A stretch of 64,000 nt of DNA, taken from the NCBI GenBank assembly GCA_035500775.1, contig DATJWY010000068.1, forward strand, positions 567 to 64,566. Reading direction: 5' to 3'. Both the position numbers and the translations under genes were made by a program. A model generated the notes under the pieces. That model saw only the letters and a list, made by a program, of their open reading frames with translations. It searched no databases and was not told the DNA's origin. The stretch is from Acetobacteraceae bacterium. Its GTDB lineage: Bacteria > Pseudomonadota > Alphaproteobacteria > Acetobacterales > Acetobacteraceae. Shown piece by piece: positions 45,191 to 54,438 of this stretch; within the stretch, counting starts at the first letter, position 1, and every line of letters starts with the position of its first letter.

Positions 45191-45921
45191 GGAAAATCCT
45201 CGGCCTGCTGCCGTTCATGCTGTCGCTCGCGGCATGCGACACGTTCGATCATTTCCAGAAACCGCCGGATATGAGCAGTCCGGGGAAGATCAATGCCATC
45301 CCGGCAACCGCCTACCAGTCCCAACCATTGATGGCGGCAATGCCTCCGCCGGAGCTTGCTCCACATGGTTCGCTTTGGCTGCCTGGTGCGAAAACTTTCT
45401 TTCGTGATCCGCGAGCCCGCACCATCGGTGATCTTGTGACCGTTGCTGTCTCCATTCAGGATCAGGGTCAGTTCAACAACCAGACGCAGTTGCAGCGCAA
45501 CACCTCGAATTCTGTGGCCATCAATAATGTGTTCGGTCTCGGCACGTGGATCGGGCACATGATTCCGGGTATCGCCGATACCACTCCCACAGTGAATACC
45601 ACTGGGTCCGAGAACACCAACGGGAAGGGTCAGATCCAGCGCAGCGAGACGATCGTGACAAATGTCGCGGCGACCGTCGTCAGCGTCCTGCCGAACGGCA
45701 ATCTGGAGATCGCCGGCAGTCAGGAGATCCGGCTCGATAACGAACTGCGGGACATCGAGGTGCGTGGCATTGTCCGGCCGGAGGACATTGCGTCGGACAA
45801 TACCATCCCGTCTGACCGCATCGCCGAGGCGCGGATCAATTATGCCGGAAGGGGTGTCTCCTCCGATCTGCAACGGCCGAAATGGGGGCAGGACGTTCTC
45901 AGTCGGTTTGAGCCGTTCTGA
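45187..45921 (+). CDS. flgH: flagellar L-ring lipoprotein FlgH
   Basis: Lipobox LSLAAC. ..ARTIGDLVTVAVSIQDQGQFNNQT.. and ..LPNGNLEIAGSQEIRLDNELRDIEVRGIVRPEDI.. are FlgH motifs. ATGA overlap with flgA. Confidence 0.93.
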   Translation: MRKILGLLPFMLSLAACDTFDHFQKPPDMSSPGKINAIPATAYQSQPLMAAMPPPELAPHGSLWLPGAKTFFRDPRARTIGDLVTVAVSIQDQGQFNNQTQLQRNTSNSVAINNVFGLGTWIGHMIPGIADTTPTVNTTGSENTNGKGQIQRSETIVTNVAATVVSVLPNGNLEIAGSQEIRLDNELRDIEVRGIVRPEDIASDNTIPSDRIAEARINYAGRGVSSDLQRPKWGQDVLSRFEPF

Positions 45922-46123
45922 AGTCTGTAAACGAAGGATGAAAAAGGGCGTCCGGTCAGGTGTAATTAAATAAACAAAATCAGTCTCATAAAAGAAACAA
46001 TTTTGATTGACTTTGCCTGTCCGCGGATGCGATCAAATACCCGCACCGCAGCATGGCAAAAGCCGACTTCTTGAGAGGTTTGGCTGTGGGTGCTCCCCGC
46101 AACGCAGTCTCAGGAGGTCGATC

Positions 46124-46537
46124 ATGCGCCGTGCTCTTCTCCTTGCCGCCTTGCTTGTCGCTGGCGTGGCCGGTGCTTCGCCCATCCTCCCGTCTGCCCC
46201 CGCTTTGGCCGAGGATGCCGCGACGCCGGCAAAGGTAAATTTCATTCCGATCGGCGATTTCACGGTGAATCTGCCGCTCGCCGGGCATCGGACTGGGTAC
46301 CTGCTCATCAGCGTTACCGTGCAGGCGACAAATGACGCCGCAGCCAGCATTCAGGCAATGATGCCACGCTACAAGGAAGCCGTGATGCGGGAGCTGATGG
46401 TCATGTCGGACCGGCACATCTTGCAGCCGGATCAGACCGATCCGCTGATAGTAAAGGATGCCCTGATGGCGGTTATCAGCAAGCTGCAACCGTCTGGTGT
46501 GCAGGATGTGCTGATCACGCGTCTCCTTTATACGTGA
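46124..46537 (+). CDS. FliL-like protein (second paralog)
   Basis: AGGAGG precedes the ATG at 46124. A signal/TM (MRRALLLAALLVAGVAG) is followed by ..VNFIPIGDFTVNLPLAGHRTGYLLISVTVQA..MPRYKEAVMRELM.., resembling the FliL core. Confidence 0.55.
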   Translation: MRRALLLAALLVAGVAGASPILPSAPALAEDAATPAKVNFIPIGDFTVNLPLAGHRTGYLLISVTVQATNDAAASIQAMMPRYKEAVMRELMVMSDRHILQPDQTDPLIVKDALMAVISKLQPSGVQDVLITRLLYT

Positions 46538-46550
46538 GAGCTTCTGTCAT

Positions 46551-46576
46551 TCCGCCGGGTCACGTCTTCCGGCGGA
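46551..46576 (+). terminator. hairpin after the fliL-like gene
   Basis: TCCGCCGG (46551-46558) pairs with CCGGCGGA (46569-46576) around a 10-nt loop. Confidence 0.4.
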
Positions 46577-46686
46577 AGACAGGGGAGTTCGCGAGCCGCT
46601 CCGCGGTGCGCGATAAACAAGAGGCTCGTTCCAGGATCGCCCTGCTGCGGTGACGTGCCCCGGTACACGGACACGCCTCGCGGCGC

Positions 46687-47382
46687 TCAGCTGCTCAGAG
46701 ACGAGACGCTCGAAGCATCGACCGAGCGGCCATCCTGCAATTGCAGCTGCCAGGTGCCATCGCTGGCCTGCACCACCTGCGACACCACGCCCGAGGTCGT
46801 GAACGTGCCGGCGCTTTGCTGCGTGCCATCCGTGGCCTGCCCGACCAGGTTGATCTGATAGGTTCCGGCCGCGAGGGCGTTGCCGCTGGAATCCCGTCCG
46901 TCGAAGGAAAGCGTGCCGCTGGTTCCGTTGACAGGCAGCGAGCGCAGCAGGTTGCCCGACGAATCGAGGATATTGGCCTGGATGTTGGAGAGCGACGTCG
47001 ATGTCACGGTGTAGGACATCGGCGACGGACTGCCGGAGGCCGGCACGGCGATGCTGGTGGCGGCCGCGGTGACGGTGTGGTTGACCATGCCGGTATACTG
47101 GCCGAGCGCCATGCCGGAGACGGTCTTGTTGATCGTATCCAGCTTCGTGTTCGTGTTGACCTGCTGTTCGACCTGAGAGAATTGCGCGAGCTGAGCGACG
47201 AACTGCGTCGGGTCCGTGGGCTTCGTCGGGTCCTGGTTCTTGAGCTGGGCGGTCAGAAGCTGGAGGAAGGTGTTCATCTGGCCGTCGCTCGCCTGGGCGC
47301 CGATCTTGGTCGTCGAGGCGGTGCTGCCGAGGCTGCTGATCAGTGAGTTGCTGGCGGTCTGGGTGGCGCTGGTCGTCGTCAT
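46687..47382 (-). CDS. flgD: flagellar hook capping/assembly protein FlgD
   Basis: ..DGQMNTFLQLLTAQLKNQDPTKPTDPTQFVAQLAQFSQVEQ.. is the diagnostic FlgD motif. 231 aa. Confidence 0.93.
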   Translation of the reverse strand: MTTTSATQTASNSLISSLGSTASTTKIGAQASDGQMNTFLQLLTAQLKNQDPTKPTDPTQFVAQLAQFSQVEQQVNTNTKLDTINKTVSGMALGQYTGMVNHTVTAAATSIAVPASGSPSPMSYTVTSTSLSNIQANILDSSGNLLRSLPVNGTSGTLSFDGRDSSGNALAAGTYQINLVGQATDGTQQSAGTFTTSGVVSQVVQASDGTWQLQLQDGRSVDASSVSSLSS

Positions 47383-47416
47383 GGAACGCTCCGGTTTTGC
47401 GCGTCGGGGGGCTGCC

Positions 47417-49240
47417 TCAGGCGAGGATGTTCACCAGGCTGTCGCTGCTGCTGGAGGGGGGCGGGGCGGCTTCTGGCTCCGCGGCGGTCTCGGGCTCCGC
47501 GGCGACGACGCGGAAATGGGCCGCGTCGCCTTGTGCATCCTGGCTGGAATGTTGCTGCCCGAAGCGCAGATCGAGCCCGCCATTGCCGAGATCGATGCCG
47601 GCCTGGGTGAGTTGCTGCTCCAGCCCGGCGCGATTATCGGTAAAGGCTTCGTAGGTCTGCTTGCGGTCTAGCGTCATCTGCACGCCGATCCCGCCGTCCT
47701 GGAAAGAGAGCCGCACTTCCACCCGTCCGAGTTCGGCGGGATGCAGTTCGACGACGACGGTTTGCGCCCCGTCCTGCAACGCCCGGCCGAGGCGCAGCGC
47801 GACCTGGCTGCCGGCGCTTTCCGCGGTCTGGCGCAGAGTCAGCTCGCTCCCCGGCGCCTGCGTTTTCTGGGGGGCCGGGGAGGTGGCGCTGCTCTGATCG
47901 GCGCTGTGCAAGATCGGAACCTGGAACGCGCCGGACTGGTTTCCGGCCTGAGGGGGGGCGTGGCTGGTCGCTGCGGGCGTGATGGCCTGGGCGGCATGCG
48001 GCGCGGCGATGGTGGGGCCGCCTCCACCAGATGCGGCGCGGGGGCCGTTATCCAATGTCGTCCCCCGGCCGCCGATGCCGCCGGTATTCTCATCATGGGC
48101 GAGGCCGGTCCCGCCCGGCGCCGGTGATGCGGTCGTGGCGCTCGCCGGGAAGATCGCGGCTGGACGCGCGGGCTGGTCCTGGGGGGAGGCCGTATTGTTG
48201 TCCCGGGGGGCGGGTTGGTCGGTCTGGGCGGTGCCCGCTCCGGCGAGCGCGGTCAGCAAGGCGGCGGGAGATGATGCCGTCGCGGCTGCAGCCATGGCGG
48301 TTTGGGGCGTGGTGCCGCTGTCGCCGGGCGTCTGGGGAGCTGTGGTCGGCTTGGTGCTGGCCTGTCGGTGAGGCCGGCTCCCCTGCACTGTTCCGCCGGG
48401 TTGCGCGGTGGCGGGGGCGGTATTCCGGGTGGCCAGCTTGTCCAGTGACTGCGCCGGGGTGGGCGTCGCCTCTTTACCAGCCAGCGTATCCGGCGGTGTT
48501 GGCGGTGATCCGGCGGGGGCGGTCGATTGTGCGGCCGGCGGTGCTATCATGGGCTGGGCCGCCGTGCTATCGGTCGCGGTCGTGTCGCCGGGCGATGGTT
48601 GCGTGGAGGTGCCCGTCGGCGCCGGTGTTTCCTGTTTGGCGGCGACGGCGATCCCCGGTGGTGTAACGGCGCTCGCGGTGACGGCCTGACCCACGGCCTG
48701 CTCCGTGGCCGAGGTGATGGCGGGATTGGAGGTCAGCGGGGCGGACACGCCGTCAGACTGGGCCGGCGACAGGACGTTGCCTTGCGTGGCGGTGGCGCCG
48801 GGAACCGCGTCAGCAAGCGAGCCGTGGGCCAAGCTGGTTCCGTCCGGGGGCGAGGGGCGCGCATCAACCATCGTCTGCGTGGTGTCCGGCAGGCCCGCGA
48901 GTTGCAGTCCGCCGATCAGGGCCGGGGTCAGTGTCCCCGGCGTCGGGGGAGGCACGCTTGTCGGATCAGGGGGAGAGGCGGTGGCGGGTGCCGCGTTGCC
49001 GGTTCCGTCAGCGGTGAAACCGAGCGGGCCGAATTTGAGTCCGGCCGGCTTGCCGGAGCGCGGTCCGGCCTGGGCGGTGCCAGGCGACGCCGTTGCGGCT
49101 CCGCCGGCGCTGGGGTCGATCGAGAGTTGCCCGATGAGGGAGGCAAAGTCCGTCCCCGTATCAGGGCCGCCGGTCTTGCCCGGCACGGCGGCGGAGGTGC
49201 CGTCGAGGCCAAGCGGGGTCAGGGTCACGGAAGCTGCCAT
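47417..49240 (-). CDS. fliK: flagellar hook-length control protein FliK
   Basis: Long Pro/Ala/Thr-rich region followed by the C-terminal Flg_hook domain ..VVELHPAELGRVEVRLSFQDGGIGVQMTLDRKQTYEAFTDNRAGLEQQLTQAGIDLG... The start is uncertain (49240, 49276 or 49312). Confidence 0.85.
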   Translation of the reverse strand: MAASVTLTPLGLDGTSAAVPGKTGGPDTGTDFASLIGQLSIDPSAGGAATASPGTAQAGPRSGKPAGLKFGPLGFTADGTGNAAPATASPPDPTSVPPPTPGTLTPALIGGLQLAGLPDTTQTMVDARPSPPDGTSLAHGSLADAVPGATATQGNVLSPAQSDGVSAPLTSNPAITSATEQAVGQAVTASAVTPPGIAVAAKQETPAPTGTSTQPSPGDTTATDSTAAQPMIAPPAAQSTAPAGSPPTPPDTLAGKEATPTPAQSLDKLATRNTAPATAQPGGTVQGSRPHRQASTKPTTAPQTPGDSGTTPQTAMAAAATASSPAALLTALAGAGTAQTDQPAPRDNNTASPQDQPARPAAIFPASATTASPAPGGTGLAHDENTGGIGGRGTTLDNGPRAASGGGGPTIAAPHAAQAITPAATSHAPPQAGNQSGAFQVPILHSADQSSATSPAPQKTQAPGSELTLRQTAESAGSQVALRLGRALQDGAQTVVVELHPAELGRVEVRLSFQDGGIGVQMTLDRKQTYEAFTDNRAGLEQQLTQAGIDLGNGGLDLRFGQQHSSQDAQGDAAHFRVVAAEPETAAEPEAAPPPSSSSDSLVNILA

Positions 49241-49397
49241 GGAACAGGATCTCGTCTGGTGGATCGAGCATGGCATGGCCCGGCCCGTTTTGGTGTTGTC
49301 CCGTGTGGTCACGCGGGCGGATTTTCGCCGGTGAAAGTGGCCGAAGCGGACTTACGCGGCGGATCGCTTCCGACCAGCCGCATTGCCCGCCGGCTCG

Positions 49398-50150
49398 TCA
49401 GGGGAACAGTGCATCGATCGCGTCCTGCGAGGCCTCCCCGGTCGGTGCTGAGCCGGTGCCATTCAGCAGGGCGTCGATCGCATTCTGTTCGAGGCCGTTC
49501 TCCGTCGGCCCGTTCAGGAGATGCGAATCCGGTCGATCATCCACGCTCGGCGCTTCCGCACCTGTGAGGTCAACAGATCCTTCCCAAAGTGCCGCGAGCG
49601 AGATGATGCGCTGCTCGATATAGTTCAGCGCCTGCACCACCTTGCGGATGCGTTGGCCCGTGAGATCCTGGAAGGAACAGGCCATCACGATATCCATCGC
49701 CGCGTTGTCGATCACATCGACATGGCGCAGCACCTCGGGCGACAGGCCGGGTTCGGCGCGGATGTGCTGGATCGCGTCCTGCGACCGTTCCGCCGCCCCC
49801 ATGATCTCGACCGCGGCCCGCTCTGTCGCGCTGACGACGCTGTCGAGTTCGCCGGAGGCACAGGTCAGCCGGGAATGCGCCTGCTCGCCGGGGATCAGCC
49901 CGGCCACTTCCGACCGCGTCTCCGCGATCAGCCGGCCCATGCCTCGCAGCTCGTCCTGCAACAGCTTGAGCTGGTGCTGCGCCTCAGCTTCGCCTCCCGG
50001 GCGTACCGTGCCGAGGCGCGCGACTTCATGATGCAGCTGCGCGGTGATCTGTTCCAGCCGCGATGCCATGGCCGCGGCGGCGGCGTAGGTATTTTCGCCC
50101 AACGCCGCACCGCCGGGAACGGATGCGGCGCCTGCCCCTGTTGCGTTCAC
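49398..50150 (-). CDS. cheZ: CheZ-like CheY-P phosphatase
   Basis: ..IVMACSFQDLTGQRIRKVVQALNYIEQRI.. contains the CheZ catalytic DLTGQ context. A long helical hairpin precedes it and an acidic C-terminal peptide (..SQDAIDALFP) follows. It lies immediately downstream of cheY. Confidence 0.75.
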   Translation of the reverse strand: MNATGAGAASVPGGAALGENTYAAAAAMASRLEQITAQLHHEVARLGTVRPGGEAEAQHQLKLLQDELRGMGRLIAETRSEVAGLIPGEQAHSRLTCASGELDSVVSATERAAVEIMGAAERSQDAIQHIRAEPGLSPEVLRHVDVIDNAAMDIVMACSFQDLTGQRIRKVVQALNYIEQRIISLAALWEGSVDLTGAEAPSVDDRPDSHLLNGPTENGLEQNAIDALLNGTGSAPTGEASQDAIDALFP

Positions 50151-50167
50151 GCGGCCCTCCGTTCGCT

Positions 50168-50527
50168 TCAGATGACCGTGGCGATCTTCGCCTTCAGCGT
50201 GTCGGCGGTGAACGGCTTGACGATGTAGTTGCTGACTCCGGCCTTCTTGGCCTCGATCACGTTTTCTGTCTTGCTCTCCGCCGTGACCATGATGAAGGGC
50301 AAGGGCGCGAGCGCGCTGTCCGCCCGCACTTGCTTGAGCAGTTCGAGTCCGGTCATCGGCTCCATGTTCCAGTCGGAGATGACCAGATCGAACTTTCCCG
50401 AGCGCAGCTTCGCGAGCGCCTCGCTGCCATCGGCCGCCTCATCGATGTCGGCGTGTCCGATCTGACCGAGGAGGTTCCGCACGATCCGGCGCATGGTGGC
50501 ATAATCGTCAACAACGAGAATTTTCAC
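50168..50527 (-). CDS. cheY: chemotaxis response regulator CheY (single receiver domain)
   Basis: GTG at 50527 after GGAGA gives [64 protein letters not shown]. The DD, D and K receiver residues are in place. Confidence 0.9.
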   Translation of the reverse strand: MKILVVDDYATMRRIVRNLLGQIGHADIDEAADGSEALAKLRSGKFDLVISDWNMEPMTGLELLKQVRADSALAPLPFIMVTAESKTENVIEAKKAGVSNYIVKPFTADTLKAKIATVI

Positions 50528-50598
50528 GGTGTCTCCGCCAGCAAGCGATAAAAGAGAGGCTCCGACCATTGCGGTCGGAGTGAGCCTATCTGACAGGA

Positions 50599-50628
50599 TT
50601 TCGCGAAGGGTTAATGTCGCCGGCGAAA
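50599..50628. promoter_or_regulatory. inverted pair of GCGAAA boxes upstream of cheY
   Basis: TTTCGC (50599-50604), 18 nt, GCGAAA (50623-50628). It lies about 70-100 nt upstream of the cheY GTG. Confidence 0.4.
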
Positions 50629-50694
50629 ATCCGATTTTGCCATTGAGTGTGGCGCGTGGCGGTTGCCGCCGGCAAGTCAACCAGAGGGCTGACT

Positions 50695-51933
50695 TCAGAG
50701 GGCGAACAGCGCGTCCAGTTCGTCGAGACCGGGGCCCAGGCCGAACCAGGAGGCATTGCCGATCTCGCCCCCTTCCGGGTCCAGGCGATGACAGAACCCC
50801 CAGCACGGCGCCGCGGCCAGCACCGCGGCTTCGGTCCTGGCCGCGGCGCCGTAAGCGAGCGCGTAGAGATCGGCCGGGTCAGGGCTGTTTTTGAGCAGGA
50901 GGCAGAGTCGCCGCGCCGCGCCTGCCTGCCGCGCCAGGAAGACGGCCTGGTCGCTGCCCAGACTAACCGGCGCCGCGCCGCCGCCTTCCCGGAACAGCAC
51001 GGCCTCGCCACGCCCCTTCAGCGCGGCGCGCAGGCCCTGGATGAGGGGGGTGCCTTTGCCCCGCGGCTCAATCGCGAGCAGGGCCTGGCCCGGCGCGGCG
51101 CGCAGCCGTGCCGCCGCTTCCGGCCAGGATTCCAGCATCTGATAGCCGGGTCGCGTCGTGGCACCGCCCAGGAAGCCGCTCGGGAGCACGCCAAGCGCGT
51201 CGGCGATCCGGCTGGCAAGGCAGGTTTCCCCATCCGTGCAGGCCTGGATCAGCGCGTAGCGCAGATCGTCGGAAATCTCCGCCGCGAGCAGCGCGTCGAG
51301 ATGCTCGGCGATGCCGAGGGTCAGGAACCGGAAGCGTTCCCAGCCCTCTCCCGCCTGCCACATCTCGGGCGGCAGCGGCGCGTCCGGCCGGAGAGGGGCG
51401 CCGCAGACCGTGGCGGCCAGGGCGAGGCAATCCGGCGCCGGCGTGAACGGCCAGGCGACCGCCCCCTCCTCGCCCCAGAGCAGCAGCCAGGGGGTTGCCG
51501 GGGCCGCGTCCTGTGGTGATGCCCCGGCGAGGCCGTCAGGGCTCGAAAGGATGCTCGCGGCCTGCGGCGGCATGATTTCCGGCAGGCCAGGCACGGTCCG
51601 CACGCCGCTTTCGTCGCGCAGGAGCGTCAGGACGCCGGGGGCAGCCGCGATGCGAGCGCGCAGGCCGGATATATCTGGCGCTGTCACGACGTGGCAGGCC
51701 TGCGGGTCTGGCACCAGCACCCCGGTTTCCGGGCCGCGCAGCGCGACCGCACCACCCGGCAGCAGGACGATGTCCGGGCGCGCGGTTTCGGCCGGCGGCA
51801 CGGTGATGCAGAGGTCCCGCAGCAAGGCGGTGTGCTCCGTCTCCGCCATTCCCGCCCAGTCGCGGTCGATGCGGCGCAGCAACCCGATCGCGCCCGGGTT
51901 GCCGAGATCAAGCTCCCTGATAGTTGCCAGCAT
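50695..51933 (-). CDS. hypothetical protein (412 aa)
   Basis: Long ORF with consistent GC3-rich codons upstream of cheY on the same strand. I see no recognisable motif, no P-loop and no TM. The overlapping plus-strand ORFs look like shadows. Confidence 0.5.
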   Translation of the reverse strand: MLATIRELDLGNPGAIGLLRRIDRDWAGMAETEHTALLRDLCITVPPAETARPDIVLLPGGAVALRGPETGVLVPDPQACHVVTAPDISGLRARIAAAPGVLTLLRDESGVRTVPGLPEIMPPQAASILSSPDGLAGASPQDAAPATPWLLLWGEEGAVAWPFTPAPDCLALAATVCGAPLRPDAPLPPEMWQAGEGWERFRFLTLGIAEHLDALLAAEISDDLRYALIQACTDGETCLASRIADALGVLPSGFLGGATTRPGYQMLESWPEAAARLRAAPGQALLAIEPRGKGTPLIQGLRAALKGRGEAVLFREGGGAAPVSLGSDQAVFLARQAGAARRLCLLLKNSPDPADLYALAYGAAARTEAAVLAAAPCWGFCHRLDPEGGEIGNASWFGLGPGLDELDALFAL

Positions 51934-52051
51934 CCCGGCCTCAGCCCTCCGTCACGGCGGATGCGCCAACGGGCCATGCCCTGTGCGCTCCGTTTCGTGC
52001 GTAATCCGTTTACCGCGCCGCGGCTATGCTCGTTCTGATTGTGAGAGGTCC

Positions 52052-52408
52052 ATGCATATCGTTCGGAATGAAGAGGGAGAAGCGACCCTGATCGCCGCGG
52101 ATGGGCGCGAATTGCTGGCGATATCCGCCCTCCTCGCCTCGGACGAGGAGTTCGACACGCTGCTCCGGCAGATTGAATCGATCACCGGCGGCAACTCAGT
52201 GCCGCGTATCGTCGTGAACTATAAGGAGGGGCTGTTCGATACCGCGCAGGCTGACATTGCCTGCGAGGTCATCCTGATCGAGGAAGATCCGTTCGACGAA
52301 CCGCCGACCGCGATCTGCCGGAAGAGCGTGACCGAGGGAGACCCGGCCGGGGTGGCGGCCCGGATCGGCCTCGCGGAACAGCGACAGAAGCGGCTGGCCG
52401 GTCAGTAA
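52052..52408 (+). CDS. hypothetical protein (118 aa)
   Basis: GAGAGG precedes the ATG at 52052 (MHIVRNEEGEATLIAADGRELLAISALLASDEEFDTLLRQIE..), the C-terminal part of track ORF 51311..52408. A CATGGCGG..CCGCCATG hairpin (52413-52434) follows. Confidence 0.45.
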   Translation: MHIVRNEEGEATLIAADGRELLAISALLASDEEFDTLLRQIESITGGNSVPRIVVNYKEGLFDTAQADIACEVILIEEDPFDEPPTAICRKSVTEGDPAGVAARIGLAEQRQKRLAGQ

Positions 52409-52539
52409 CGGGCATGGCGGTCGCGTCCGCCATGGCGCGCCATGCCTGCGCGGCCCGGCCGGGCATTAAGATCTTGGTCATCACCTCCGGGTAGCGTCGC
52501 CTCAGGCAGCAGAAGGTTGCCGGCTGAAAGGCAAAACGC

Positions 52540-53214
52540 ATGACGCTCATCCTCCGCCCGCTCCTCAACACGACCGCTACCTTGCTTGAGCAGCTGTGGC
52601 ATGCACGCATGCGGAAGCCGGTGAGCGTGCTGTTGCCCGATTGGATGGACCCAGGGCTGACCGATGCCGTGGCTGACCCCATCGCCACCGAGACGGAGAC
52701 GGCCTTGCGCGCCAGGCTGCTGGCCATCGGGGCGCAGCTTCGCGCCGTCAGCCCGGTCGCCACGGCGCGGGATGTGCTCCGCCGCCCCGACGCGGATGCC
52801 GGACGGCGCGCCGCTCTTCTTGCCCTGGCCGGCGCTGCGGAGTGGACGCGTGTGGCGAGGGCGCCAGGGAGCTTCCGCTGCACGCGCATATCGGCCGATG
52901 GACTGACCTACCGCATCGACATGGAGAGTGCTGGCGGCGCCGGGCATGCCGAGCACGCGGCCATCGCCCTGCGGCAGACGCTGCATGTGGAGGGGGCAGA
53001 GCGGCCCCGCTCCCTTGTGCAGACCGCCGACACGACCTGCTTCTCCCTGCTCTGCGGCGTGCGCGATCTGGTCGTGCTGCTGGTGCGGGAGGGAGAGGGG
53101 CATCTGGCCAGGGAAGTCGCTCAGCTCGGCGGGTTGCCGGCCGAGTTGCTGCCGGAGGCGCTGCTGCCGGGAACGATGCCGGACGTGGCGGGTGCGCGGC
53201 GCCTGGCGGGGTGA
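52540..53214 (+). CDS. hypothetical protein (224 aa)
   Basis: ORF with GC3-rich codons. No family recognised. Confidence 0.4.
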   Translation: MTLILRPLLNTTATLLEQLWHARMRKPVSVLLPDWMDPGLTDAVADPIATETETALRARLLAIGAQLRAVSPVATARDVLRRPDADAGRRAALLALAGAAEWTRVARAPGSFRCTRISADGLTYRIDMESAGGAGHAEHAAIALRQTLHVEGAERPRSLVQTADTTCFSLLCGVRDLVVLLVREGEGHLAREVAQLGGLPAELLPEALLPGTMPDVAGARRLAG

Positions 53215-53415
53215 CGCAGCGGCCAGCCATGCCGGGAACATGGCCCGCTTCCCTGACCGGCGATAAGCACGGTCAGGATTTTTGCCTGTAGAAACCGCAT
53301 GTCAGGCTGATCCTTATCTCGTCACGTCGATAAATCGCCCTTCATATGGTCAAATGCGCCAGATCATGACATCTTCGGCCGGGCGGTCTTTATAAATGCA
53401 CGGATTTAGAGCATT

Positions 53416-54438
53416 ATGCGGCAGGCAGGCGAGCGGATCCCTTTCACGAACGCGACGTTTCGCTACCCGGATGGCGCCTGGCCGAACCGGCTGGCGCTCG
53501 GCCTCACCTTCCTCGGCTGGATCGGCGGGATCGTTCTGCTGACGCTGCGGTCCTGGCCGCTGAACGCTGTGGGCGTGCTCCTGACCGCGCAGGCGCTCGT
53601 CTATTCCGCCTATTTCATTCATGAATGCGCGCATGGCGCCTTGTTCACCACGGCGCGCGACAATGACCGGCTGGGTCGGGCGCTGAGTTGGCTGAATGGT
53701 GCGTGCACTCTTTCCTATGCCGGACTGAAGCATAAGCACATGCGCCACCACGTCGACCGGCTGGATGTGGTCAGCGTCGATTACCGTAAGGCCCTGCTTC
53801 GCTGGCCGGCCTGGGCGCGCCGTATGATGCTCGCCCTGGAATGGGCCTATGTGCCGGCGGTGGAATTCCTGATGCGCGGCCTCGTGCTGGCCGACGTCTG
53901 GCGGGAAGCGCCGGGGCGTACGGCCGCCACCCTCGCGGCGCGCATCGCCGGCTTTGCCGTGCTTGGCGTGATCTCGCCGAAGGCGCTGGCGCTCTATGCC
54001 CTCGCCTACATCCTGTTCCTGCACGTTCTCCGCTTCATGGATGCGTTTCAGCATACATACGAGGTGGTCGCGGCTGAGCATGCCGACGCGCTTGTCGCGG
54101 CGCGTCAGTACGACCGGGCCTATGAGAACGAGAACACCTATTCCAATCTGGTTTCGGTGCAGCAGCCATGGCTCAACCTGCTGACGCTGAATTTTGCTTA
54201 CCACAACGCGCATCACGCGAAGCCGGCTGCACCGTGGCACCAATTGCCGACGTTGCATCAGCGGCTGTACGGCCGGGATGAGCGGCAGGTGCTGCCATGT
54301 CGCACGCTGTTCGCCACCTATCATCGCAACCGGGTGAAACGGGTGCTGAGTGAGGATTACGGCTTAGTGGCGCCTGCCGGCGACCGCGCAGCGGATTTCC
54401 TCGGGGCTGTCGGCGTCTCCTTCCTTACCGCCGTCTAA
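53416..54438 (+). CDS. membrane fatty-acid desaturase family protein
   Basis: Three histidine boxes: HECAH, HKHMRHH and HNAHH. Hydrophobic N-terminal segments are present. Confidence 0.85.
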   Translation: MRQAGERIPFTNATFRYPDGAWPNRLALGLTFLGWIGGIVLLTLRSWPLNAVGVLLTAQALVYSAYFIHECAHGALFTTARDNDRLGRALSWLNGACTLSYAGLKHKHMRHHVDRLDVVSVDYRKALLRWPAWARRMMLALEWAYVPAVEFLMRGLVLADVWREAPGRTAATLAARIAGFAVLGVISPKALALYALAYILFLHVLRFMDAFQHTYEVVAAEHADALVAARQYDRAYENENTYSNLVSVQQPWLNLLTLNFAYHNAHHAKPAAPWHQLPTLHQRLYGRDERQVLPCRTLFATYHRNRVKRVLSEDYGLVAPAGDRAADFLGAVGVSFLTAV

